NCBI GenBank assembly: GCA_046292385.1 | Contig: JBKBRF010000016.1 | Span: forward strand, 32,001-96,000 | Length of the DNA stretch: 64,000 nucleotides | Direction of reading: 5' to 3' | DNA from: Armatimonadota bacterium | Lineage (GTDB): Bacteria; Armatimonadota; SYMT01 | Part shown: piece after piece, positions 17,454-26,052 of the stretch | Numbering within the stretch: position 1 is the first letter of the stretch | How the letters are laid out: every line of letters starts with the position of its first letter | The notes under the pieces: model-generated | Told to the model about the DNA's origin: nothing | The model's database searches: none | Seen by the model: only the letters and a program-made list of their open reading frames with translations | Position numbers and translations under genes: made by a program

Positions 17454-20012
17454 ATGTCACCCGAGAAGCGTTTCTCTCCTGGCCGCGCGCTGCTGCTCGC
17501 GTCGGCAGGTATTGGCGCGGCATGTGCCGCCTGTGCTCTCGCGGCGCTGCCCGCAGCGTCTCCTGCGTCTGCGGAACCTGACTCGCGCGCGGTGAGCGGC
17601 GCCCTCGCTTCGCTGCCGCTCACCTTCGAGCCGAACGTCGGCCAGGCGGACGCCGGCGTACGCTTCGTCTCCTACGGCGCCGGCTCCACGCTGCACCTGA
17701 AGCCGTCCGAGGCGGTGCTGGCACTCGCGAACGACGTAGCGGCGGCGCGGGAGCTGGCGGAGGCGGAGCAGCCGTCGGTGGTCCGGATGCAGCTCGTGGG
17801 GGGGAACCCGTCCGCCGCCGGCGCACCCGAGGGAGAGCGACAGGGCGAGACGCACTACCTGACCGGCCGCAGCCGGGAGAGCTGGCGGAGTCACGTGCCG
17901 GGCTACGGGAAGGTGCGCTTCTCCTCCGTCTACCCCGGGGTCGACCTGCTCTATTACGGCAAGCAGAGCCAGCTGGAGTACGACTTCGTGGTGCAGCCCG
18001 GCGCGTCGCCGGACCGGATCCAGCTCGCTTTCGCTGACGGTCACGGGGGCCCGCTCTCGCTGAAGCTGGAAGCGGGCGGAGGGCTCCGGCTCGACACCCC
18101 GGCCGGCCCGGTGCGCCACTCCGCGCCGGTGGTCTACCAGGAGGCGCGCGGCCGGCGCGTGCCGGTAGAGAGCCGCTACACGCTGCTCGCCGCCAACCGG
18201 ATCGGGTTCGAGATCGGCGGGTACGACCGCTCCCGCCCGCTGGTGATCGATCCGGCGGTAAACTACTTCTCCGACCCGGGCGCCATGTGCAGCGACGTGG
18301 CGCTCGACCCGGACGGCGGCATCTACATCAACGGCTCCGCCTACAAGCTGGTGGAAGGCGAGCCGGGGAACGGCCTCTACGCCCTCGACAGCTTCGTGCG
18401 GAAGTACAGCGCGGACGGCACTCGCGTGCTCTTCACCGCCAACCTCGGCGGCACGGGCACCGACTACGCGGCCGGCGTGGCGGTCGATACGGAAAAGAAC
18501 ATCTACGTGACCGGAATGACCGACTCGTTCGACTTCCCGGTGGTGAACGCGTTCCAGCCCGAGTTGGTGATGGACGAGTGGGCGTTCTACGCCTTCGACA
18601 CGTTCGTGACCAAGATCAGCCGGGACGGGTCGGACATTCTCTACTCCACCTACCTCGGCGGCTCCGACTCCGAGAACCTGTTGGTCGAGGGCGGCATCGC
18701 GGTCGACGCGTCCGGCAGCGCGTACGTCACCGGCGCCACCGCCTCGCACGACTTCCCGACCCTCAACCCGATCCAGGGTCCCACCCCCGGTCTGGAGGAG
18801 GCGGACGGCTATCTCACCGATGCGTTCGTGGCGAAGCTGAGCCCGCAGGGGAACGCACTGGTCTACTCCACGTACCTCGGCGGCACCGATATCGACGGCG
18901 CCAACGCGATTGAGCTCGGCGCGGACGGCAGCGCCTACGTGGCGGGCTTCACCGCCTCGATGGACTTCCCGGTCGTCAGCGCGGCGCAGGTCGAGCGCGG
19001 CGATGGGGGCTGGGCGGCAGATGCTTTCGTCACCCGGGTAGCGCCGGACGGCGCCTCGCTGCTTTACTCCACGCTGCTGGGCGGCGACGAGTTCGAGGAG
19101 GCGTGGGATCTGGCGGTTGCCGAGAACGGCGAGTTGTTCGTGGCGGGCCAGACTACCTCGCTCGACTTCCCGACCGTCAACCCGATCCAGCCGGAGCTGG
19201 ACGGCGGCGTGCAGCCCAGCTTCGGTGAAGGCGACGCCTTCGTCACGAAAGTCAGTGAGGACGGCGCCTCGTTCCTCTACTCCACCTATCTCGGCGGCTC
19301 GGAGGTCGACGTGGCGCTCGGGATCGACGTCGATCCGCAGGGTCACGCGGTGGTGGTCGGCGTCACCGGCTCCTGGGACTTCCCGGTGCTCGACTCGCCG
19401 CAGCGCAGCGACAAACGACTCGACTTCGACGGCTTCTTCGCCAAGCTCTCACCGGACGGCACCGCCTTGCGCAACTCCTCCTACCTGGGAGACGAGGAGC
19501 ACGACGACATCGCCCTCGCCATCGTGGTGAACGACGCGGACCAGCAGTTCGTCGCCGGTTTTGGCGACCCGCTGCCGTTCGCCGGCGGACCGGACGGCTT
19601 CTCCGCGCAGGGAGAGATCTCCACCCGCGCATTCGAGCGGCCGGAAGCGAGCCGGAAGGGCCGGGCCTTCGTGGCTCGCCTGAAGGACAAGAAGCACAAG
19701 GGCAGGGGCCGGCTGCGCCTCTCCGCGAAGAAGATGAAGATCCGCACGGCGGCCAACTTCCCTCGTCGTGAAGTGCTGCGACTGGTCAACGTCGGCGGCG
19801 GCGCGGTCCAGGGCACCGTGGGAGAGGTGCCGGCACCCTTCCGGCTGGTGAGCGGCGGCGGGAGCTTTTCCCTGGGAAAGGGACAGATCCGGCACCTGGT
19901 GGTGGAATACGCCCCGGAAGCGTCCGGCAGCTACAGGGGGACGCTGACGATCCAGACCCAGAGGCCGCGCAAGTCCCGCATCCGCGTGCCGCTGGAGGGG
20001 CTCACGCGGTAG
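17454..20012 (+). CDS. Secreted SBBP-repeat beta-propeller protein with C-terminal Ig-like (ASH/choice-of-anchor-like) domain
   Basis: Signal peptide, FEPNxGQ, VYPGVDL, LEYDFVV, repeated YSTYLGG...DAFVTK. Confidence 0.85.
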   Translation: MSPEKRFSPGRALLLASAGIGAACAACALAALPAASPASAEPDSRAVSGALASLPLTFEPNVGQADAGVRFVSYGAGSTLHLKPSEAVLALANDVAAARELAEAEQPSVVRMQLVGGNPSAAGAPEGERQGETHYLTGRSRESWRSHVPGYGKVRFSSVYPGVDLLYYGKQSQLEYDFVVQPGASPDRIQLAFADGHGGPLSLKLEAGGGLRLDTPAGPVRHSAPVVYQEARGRRVPVESRYTLLAANRIGFEIGGYDRSRPLVIDPAVNYFSDPGAMCSDVALDPDGGIYINGSAYKLVEGEPGNGLYALDSFVRKYSADGTRVLFTANLGGTGTDYAAGVAVDTEKNIYVTGMTDSFDFPVVNAFQPELVMDEWAFYAFDTFVTKISRDGSDILYSTYLGGSDSENLLVEGGIAVDASGSAYVTGATASHDFPTLNPIQGPTPGLEEADGYLTDAFVAKLSPQGNALVYSTYLGGTDIDGANAIELGADGSAYVAGFTASMDFPVVSAAQVERGDGGWAADAFVTRVAPDGASLLYSTLLGGDEFEEAWDLAVAENGELFVAGQTTSLDFPTVNPIQPELDGGVQPSFGEGDAFVTKVSEDGASFLYSTYLGGSEVDVALGIDVDPQGHAVVVGVTGSWDFPVLDSPQRSDKRLDFDGFFAKLSPDGTALRNSSYLGDEEHDDIALAIVVNDADQQFVAGFGDPLPFAGGPDGFSAQGEISTRAFERPEASRKGRAFVARLKDKKHKGRGRLRLSAKKMKIRTAANFPRREVLRLVNVGGGAVQGTVGEVPAPFRLVSGGGSFSLGKGQIRHLVVEYAPEASGSYRGTLTIQTQRPRKSRIRVPLEGLTR

Positions 20013-20039
20013 CTCTCACCGGCAAACGGAAGCAAACGC

Positions 20040-20066
20040 GGGGCAGCCTCATCCGGGGCTGCCCCT
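20040..20066. terminator. Putative terminator hairpin
   Basis: GGGGCAGCC..GGCTGCCCC followed by TTCGTTCTT, between convergent genes. Confidence 0.6.
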
Positions 20067-20082
20067 TCGTTCTTGCCGGGCC

Positions 20083-20313
20083 TCACCAGCGCCGCGCCGG
20101 GCGCCCCACGGCGAGATAGACGATCGCCCCGACACATCCGCCGAGCAGGATCACCAGCACCCAGATCAGCTTGTTGCCCGCGCGGTAGTCGCTATCACTC
20201 GGCACCCGGATCGCGTCGACCAACGCAAAGAGCACCAGCCCCAGGTTAAGCAATCCCAGGACGGCCGGGATGAGCATGATCAAGAGCTCGGTGAGCTCCA
20301 GGTTGAACGGCAT
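20083..20313 (-). CDS. Small PLDc_N-domain membrane protein
   Basis: ALVDAI...KLIWVLVILLGGCVGAIVYLAVGR. Confidence 0.8.
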   Translation of the reverse strand: MPFNLELTELLIMLIPAVLGLLNLGLVLFALVDAIRVPSDSDYRAGNKLIWVLVILLGGCVGAIVYLAVGRPARRW

Positions 20314-20541
20314 CTCTTCGCTCCCGATCCCGAAAACAGCGCGCTGCTCTCACCAACGGCCGAGCAGACGTTGGGTTACGCCTCATCGCTACCAGGCGCA
20401 GCGTGCGCAGCTTCCCGCGGCGAAAGTTGAACACGCGGGGTCGCCCCTGCAACTCCGGCGGCGGCTAGCGCATCAGCCGCACAGACCCCGTCGCCCCAGA
20501 GTACCTGGCGAAACCACCCCCGGCTATCACCTCACACCCGG

Positions 20542-20775
20542 TCAGCCGCGTGCCGGACTCGGACGTCCTACCGCGAGATAGATCAGGGCTCCGAGACACC
20601 CAAGGAAGAGGATGACGAGCACCCAGGTAACCTTGGTGCCGGCGCGGTAGTCGCTATCGCTCGGCACCCGGATCGCGTCGATCAGGGCGAAGAGGTAGAG
20701 GCCCACGCTGACGACCATCACCAGACCGTAAACCAGCAGCACCACGAAGTCGAGATCGAACACCCGTCTCTCCAT
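20542..20775 (-). CDS. Small PLDc_N-domain membrane protein (tandem paralogue)
   Basis: ALIDAIRVPSDSDYRAGTKVTWVLVILFLGCLGALIYLAVGR; start could be the GTG at 20763. Confidence 0.8.
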   Translation of the reverse strand: MERRVFDLDFVVLLVYGLVMVVSVGLYLFALIDAIRVPSDSDYRAGTKVTWVLVILFLGCLGALIYLAVGRPSPARG

Positions 20776-21036
20776 CTCGCGGGAACGTAAGAGCAACCTG
20801 CCGCGTCACCAGTTGAGAGCGATCCAGCGGACGCTTGGTTGCATCATCCTCGTCAAGGCTGAGGGTGGTCTCCTGCGGAGTCCACCTTTCTGCTCCAAAC
20901 TTGAACACGAGTGGCTGCCCGCGCATTTGAGACGTCGCGGAGCCATCCGGCGGGCAGGAACGCGCCCGGTGAACGACTGAACTTCTCCCGCGGTCGTCCG
21001 CTGTCGTGACGTGCCGGATGCAGGGAGATCGACGGA

Positions 21037-23061
21037 GTGAACAGGCAAGGGGTACTCTTTAGCGGAGCCGTGCTGGCTCTCGGCGCGGTCGCCGCGGCGG
21101 TGGCGGACGGTCCCGCGGACAACATCCCGGAGAAGGTGCGGCCGGTGCCGCCCCCCGGGATTTCCGTTCCGGATGCCGACCGGACCGCCCTGACGGCGGG
21201 GCTCACGGCGCTGCAGTCGGAGATTGACGCGCTGCGCGGCAACGCCCGCGCGGCGGCCTGGCTCCCGGACGTCCAGATCTACACCAACGCCGTCCGGTAT
21301 GCCCTGGAGAACGGGGAGTTCTTCGCGCCGGCGGACCTGGCACGGGCAAAGGCGCTGCTGGCGATCGGCACGCAGCGGGCGCAGGCACTTCGCGAAGGAC
21401 GCACGCCGTGGCTGGAGCAGCCGGGCCCCACCGCCCTCGGGTACGTGTCGGAGATCGACGGCTCGGTGCAGCCGTACGGGCTCTACATCCCGGCCTCGTA
21501 TCAGAAGGACGGGCGGAAACACCGGCTCGATACCTGGTTCCACGGCCGCGGCGAGACGCTGAGCGAGGTCAACTTCCTCGACGGCGTCCACAAGAACGGC
21601 GGCCCGTTCGTCCGGCCGGACACCTTCACGCTCCAGCCGTACGGCCGCTACTGCAACGCGAACAAGCTCGCCGGGGAAGTCGATCTCTTCGAAGCGCTCG
21701 CCGACGCGCAGCGCCGCTTCCGGATCGATGAGGAGCGGATCGTGGTCCGCGGCTTTTCCATGGGCGGCGCCGCCTGCTGGCAGTTCGCGGCGCACTTCCC
21801 GTCCGAGTGGGCCGCCGCGGCGCCCGGCGCCGGCTTCTCCGAGACGCCGGACTTCCTCAAGGTGTTCCAGAAGGAGACGCTGCAGCCGACCTGGTGGGAG
21901 AAGAAGCTATGGCAGATGTACGACTGCCCCGAGTACGCGGCGAACTTCGGCAACCTGCCGGTGGTCGCCTACAGCGGCGAAAAGGACTCGCAGAAGCAGG
22001 CCGCCGACATCATGGCCGCGGCGCTGAAGAAGGAAGGGATCGAGCTGGTCCACGTGATCGGACCGGACACCGGGCACAGCTACCATCCGGCCTCCTCGGT
22101 GGAGATCAACCGGCGGATCGACGCCATCGCGGAGCGAGGCCGGGTGCGGGTGCCGCGGACCCTGAAGCTCCAGACCCCCACCCTGAAGTACCACCGCCAG
22201 GCCTGGGTGACGGTCGACGGCCTGAAGGAGCACTGGGAGCCGGCGCGCGTCGAGGCGGAGATCGTCGACGACCGGAACGTCCGCCTCACCACCCGGAACC
22301 TCACCGGCGTGACCCTTTCCATGGGGCCGGGCGACTGCCCGCTCGATCCCACGCGCGCGCCGGTGGTGACGCTCGACGGCCAGAAGCTCAAGGCGGCGCC
22401 GGTGCTCTCGGACCGCTCCTGGACCGCCAGTTTCCGCCGCGACGGCAGCCGCTGGGTCGCCGGCGCTCTCGCGGAGCAGCCGGGGCTGCGTAAGCGGCAC
22501 GACCTGCAGGGCCCGATCGACGACGCCTTCATGCAGAGCTTCATGATGGTCCGCCCCACCGGCACCCCGGCCGCGCCGGGCGTGGCGAAGTGGGTGGAGA
22601 GCGAGATGGCGCACGCGGAGAAGGAGTGGCGGCGGCAGTTCCGCGGCGAGGCGCGCGTGAAGAACGACTCCGAGATCACCGACGCCGATATCGCCGCGCA
22701 CAACCTGGTGCTCTGGGGCGACCCGGGCAGCAACCGGATCCTAGCGCGCATCGCGGACCGCCTCCCGATCCGCTGGGGCCGCAGCGAGATCGAGGTCGGC
22801 AGTCAGCGCTTCCCCACCTCCACCCACGCGCCGGTGCTGATCTACCCGAACCCGCTCAACCCGAAGAAGTACGTGGTGCTGAACAGCGGCTTCACCTTCC
22901 GCGAGTACGACTACCTGAACAACGCGCGGCAGGTGCCGAAGCTGCCGGACTGGGCGATCGTCGATACCACCACGCCGCCGAACAGCCGCTACCCGGGCCG
23001 CATCGTCACCGCGGACTTCTTCGGCGAGCAGTGGGAGTTGCGCCCGCCGCGGAAGTCGTAA
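21037..23061 (+). CDS. Secreted alpha/beta hydrolase (S9/prolyl oligopeptidase-like)
   Basis: Signal peptide, WFHGRG, GFSMGG nucleophile elbow, GEKD, GHSY. Confidence 0.85.
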   Translation: MNRQGVLFSGAVLALGAVAAAVADGPADNIPEKVRPVPPPGISVPDADRTALTAGLTALQSEIDALRGNARAAAWLPDVQIYTNAVRYALENGEFFAPADLARAKALLAIGTQRAQALREGRTPWLEQPGPTALGYVSEIDGSVQPYGLYIPASYQKDGRKHRLDTWFHGRGETLSEVNFLDGVHKNGGPFVRPDTFTLQPYGRYCNANKLAGEVDLFEALADAQRRFRIDEERIVVRGFSMGGAACWQFAAHFPSEWAAAAPGAGFSETPDFLKVFQKETLQPTWWEKKLWQMYDCPEYAANFGNLPVVAYSGEKDSQKQAADIMAAALKKEGIELVHVIGPDTGHSYHPASSVEINRRIDAIAERGRVRVPRTLKLQTPTLKYHRQAWVTVDGLKEHWEPARVEAEIVDDRNVRLTTRNLTGVTLSMGPGDCPLDPTRAPVVTLDGQKLKAAPVLSDRSWTASFRRDGSRWVAGALAEQPGLRKRHDLQGPIDDAFMQSFMMVRPTGTPAAPGVAKWVESEMAHAEKEWRRQFRGEARVKNDSEITDADIAAHNLVLWGDPGSNRILARIADRLPIRWGRSEIEVGSQRFPTSTHAPVLIYPNPLNPKKYVVLNSGFTFREYDYLNNARQVPKLPDWAIVDTTTPPNSRYPGRIVTADFFGEQWELRPPRKS

Positions 23062-23129
23062 CCGGCTCTGATCGGCTACTCTCGGAGTCGGGCTAGAGAG
23101 GAAGTGCTGCCGGAGTCGCGTCCCGGATC

Positions 23130-23153
23130 GCCTCGGACTGAAGTCGAGGCTAC
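23130..23153 (-). repeat. REP-like palindrome with GTAG foot
   Basis: Minus strand GTAG-CCTCGACTTCAGTCCGAGG. Confidence 0.5.
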
Positions 23154-23334
23154 AGAGAGCAAAGCCCCGAAAGCTTTCGGGGCTCAGACCTGCCGGTCCG
23201 AGAGGCTGGCGATACTCACTTCCTGCGCTTAGCGGGGACGATCTCACGGCGAACCGCCGGAGGCGTCCCCGTTTTGCTTTTACGCGCGCGAGTAGCTGCC
23301 GACAACACCCACAGGCAAACTCCCCCTGCGCAAG

Positions 23335-23380
23335 TTGACGCCGCAGAGCACCTGTTCTATAATTATAGAAATTAAGTTCG
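23335..23380 (+). promoter_or_regulatory. Sigma70 promoter overlapped by two LexA-like boxes
   Basis: TTGACG-17bp-TATAAT; GAGC-N4-GTTC (23346-57) and GAAA-N4-GTTC (23368-79). Confidence 0.7.
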
Positions 23381-23414
23381 CATCCCTCTGGCAGAGGCCC
23401 CCGACACATTGGAG

Positions 23415-23741
23415 ATGGAGACGATGGAAGCTGGAATGGTGATCCGGGTGGAGAGTGACACGATGCCCGCGCTGGAGCAGAGCGCGCAGCGGCAAGACGC
23501 GCACGCGCGGTACGAGCGGCTGGTGGCGCTGGCGCTGCGGATGGGAAGCTGGCTGAACGGCCCGCACGGCCGCGCGCTGCCGGAAGAGGAGTGGGAGCGG
23601 CAGTTCCTGCGGTACCAGGAGCACCTGGAGCAGGTGCGCCGCCTGGGCGACGAGCTGCGCCCGGTCACCCTGCGAGACCGGCGGGAGATGCTGGCGGGCG
23701 ACGCGCTGGTGGACGAGGTGCTGGAGTTGTTCGCGGCGTAA
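23415..23741 (+). CDS. Hypothetical helical protein
   Basis: ORF with GC3-rich codons directly downstream of a near-consensus promoter; start at 23415 or 23424. Confidence 0.7.
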   Translation: METMEAGMVIRVESDTMPALEQSAQRQDAHARYERLVALALRMGSWLNGPHGRALPEEEWERQFLRYQEHLEQVRRLGDELRPVTLRDRREMLAGDALVDEVLELFAA

Positions 23742-23827
23742 GCGGGCGGATGGCGATAGGCTGGCACTCCGGCGCGGCCTAACCCCCCGGCCCCCTTCCC
23801 TGAAGTGGAAGGGGGAGCAGGCCAACT

Positions 23828-23871
23828 CCGCACCCATAGCTCCTCTCAGGAGAGGGGAGCTATGGGTGCGG
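23828..23871. repeat. Long intergenic hairpin
   Basis: CCGCACCCATAGCTCCTCTC-AGGA-GAGGGGAGCTATGGGTGCGG, 20-bp stem with one wobble. Confidence 0.7.
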
Positions 23872-24053
23872 CCGCGTGAGAAGCAGCTGTAGCCACATTC
23901 TTATCCATGCCGGATGCCTGGAGCGGCATCGGCAACTCTGTGTGGGCCACGCCGCTACGACCGGCACCCACCCCAAAAGAGGGATTAGCCTTCCCTCCCC
24001 CGCAAGCTATCCCGGAAGTGGGCTCAACCGCGCTGCGAGCCCCGGGGATCTGC

Positions 24054-25319
24054 ATGCGTCTCATCTTTCTCGGTGCGGGCGGCTCGATGGCCACGCCCTT
24101 CCGTCACACCACCGGTCTTTATCTGCCGGATCACGGCATCCTGCTCGACGCGGGCACCAACGTCTACCCGCTGCGGGAGCTGCACGGCGACGGCCCACTC
24201 CGCGTGCTGATGTCGCACTTCCACGCGGACCACAGCATCGGCCTGTTCTTCCTCTCCGCGGGCCTCTTCGCGGGCCGCAGCCAGCCGGAGATCGAGGTGT
24301 TCGGGCCGGAGCGGTGGGACCGTTTCCGCGACCTCGGCGGCGACGAGAGCGCGCTCTGGCCGATCCCACTGCCTTTCCCCGTCCGCCCCGCGGAAGAGGA
24401 CTTCACCCTCGGCGGGGTGCGCGTCCGCACGCATCCGGTGAAGCACAGCGCGCCGGTGCTCGCCTACCGCCTCGACTTCCCCTCCGGCGAGTCGCTCGGC
24501 TACGTGACCGACACCACCGCTCCGGGAGACTACGTGGAGCTGATCCGCGGGGTCGACGTGCTGGTCCACGAGTGCACCTTCGCGCAGCAGCACGCGGAGT
24601 GGGCGGTGCCGACCGGCCATTCCGAGAGCGCCACGGTTGGGCGGGTGGCGCGCGAGGCGGGGGTCGGCACCCTGTATCTCACGCACATCGGACCGCTCTC
24701 GGACGGGCAGCAGATCCTCGCCGAGGTGCAGCAGGAGTTCCCCAACACGGTGCTGCCGGTCGACTGTCTGGAGTATCCTCGAGCCGTCTCCGTCGATCCG
24801 AAGCGGGCGCTCTTCGCCGGCAGCTTCGACCCGATCACGATGAGCCATCTCGACATCGTCGACGCGTGCACGCGGATGCTCCGCGAGGTGCACGTCGTGG
24901 TGGCGCGCAATCCGGTCAAGGACGGCCGCGCCCTCTTCACCCCGGAGGAGCGGGCGGAGCTGATCCGGCGCTGCGTGCCGAGGGGGGTGCAGGTCGGCAT
25001 CTCCAGCGGCCTCACGGTGGAGTATGCGCGCAGCGTTCAGGCCGGCACGATCGTCCGCGGTCTCGGCCGGGCGGAAGACTACTTCGGCGAGGTGCGGCTC
25101 TTCAAGACGAACGCGCTGCTCGAGTCGGAGATCCAGACGCTCTGGGTGCCGCCGCGCGCGGAGCACCTCGATATCTCCTCCTCGATGATCAAAGAAGCGG
25201 GCATCTTCGGCGGCTGGGAGAGCGTTGCCCACCTGGTCCCGGAGCCGATCCGCGAAGACGTCGGCCGCCGCCTGCAAGAGCGCCGCGCCACCCTCTCCAT
25301 CCCCGCCGACGGAGACTGA
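24054..25319 (+). CDS. Fusion of MBL-fold (RNase Z-like) hydrolase and phosphopantetheine adenylyltransferase-like domain
   Basis: N-terminal LLDAG, SHFHADH, YVTDT, HECTF, GHS, LTHI; C-terminal FAGSFDPITMSHLDI, LFTPEER, IVRGL, ISSSMIKE. Confidence 0.85.
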   Translation: MRLIFLGAGGSMATPFRHTTGLYLPDHGILLDAGTNVYPLRELHGDGPLRVLMSHFHADHSIGLFFLSAGLFAGRSQPEIEVFGPERWDRFRDLGGDESALWPIPLPFPVRPAEEDFTLGGVRVRTHPVKHSAPVLAYRLDFPSGESLGYVTDTTAPGDYVELIRGVDVLVHECTFAQQHAEWAVPTGHSESATVGRVAREAGVGTLYLTHIGPLSDGQQILAEVQQEFPNTVLPVDCLEYPRAVSVDPKRALFAGSFDPITMSHLDIVDACTRMLREVHVVVARNPVKDGRALFTPEERAELIRRCVPRGVQVGISSGLTVEYARSVQAGTIVRGLGRAEDYFGEVRLFKTNALLESEIQTLWVPPRAEHLDISSSMIKEAGIFGGWESVAHLVPEPIREDVGRRLQERRATLSIPADGD

Positions 25320-25321
25320 CG

Positions 25322-26050
25322 ATGCCGCACTCTGAGGGGCTGCGCTTCGAGGTCTCCGTCAACGGCGAGCGACGCTGCATCGCCGGCGTCCCGGCTTCCG
25401 GCGTGGTGACCGTCATTGTCCACTGCCCTCCCGATGATCCCTCCCACATCATCGTTGGCGGTCTGGCCGGTGAGGGACCGCACTGGGACTGGATCCCTCT
25501 CGAGGAGATCCCCGTCGGGACCGTAGCTCGAATTCGCGTGCTGCCTCCGGGAGAGTTCGACGATCCGGTTCGGATCAAAGATTACTCCGATCCGCAGCAG
25601 CCACCGCGACGCTCTGGCCGACTGCGGCCCCACGCTCGCTCGGATCCTGTTCCCCAAGACTTCAGAAAACAGAGCCTTCGCCTGGAGGTGAGTATCGACG
25701 GGCAGGAGCGCTGGCTGGCGGGGCACGATGGCCCCGGCAGCGTCTCAGCGCTCCTGGTCTGGACAGCGAACCGCCCACACGAGCTGCGGGAAAGGGGCTG
25801 GGAGACCACCGGAATGTTCCAGACTCCGCATCTCGTAGGAGACACCTTCTTGAACATCACTGGCACCGACTTCACTACCGAGGAGAGTCTCACCTGGGTG
25901 ATGGGTCGCCATGTGAACGCAGGATCGGAAGTACTGATTCGTGATCTCCCGCCCGGAGAACACGATCCCGCTGCCGAGCGACGTCCCAAATACGTGCGCC
26001 CCGTTACACGCAAATGGGGCCGGCTGCGACAGAAGCCGGTCTCTTCCTGA
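25322..26050 (+). CDS. Hypothetical protein with two tandem homologous beta-rich domains
   Basis: LRFEVSVNGERRCIAG...IRVLPPGEFDDP and LRLEVSIDGQERWLAG...IRDLPPGEHDP. Confidence 0.7.
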   Translation: MPHSEGLRFEVSVNGERRCIAGVPASGVVTVIVHCPPDDPSHIIVGGLAGEGPHWDWIPLEEIPVGTVARIRVLPPGEFDDPVRIKDYSDPQQPPRRSGRLRPHARSDPVPQDFRKQSLRLEVSIDGQERWLAGHDGPGSVSALLVWTANRPHELRERGWETTGMFQTPHLVGDTFLNITGTDFTTEESLTWVMGRHVNAGSEVLIRDLPPGEHDPAAERRPKYVRPVTRKWGRLRQKPVSS

Positions 26051-26052
26051 AG

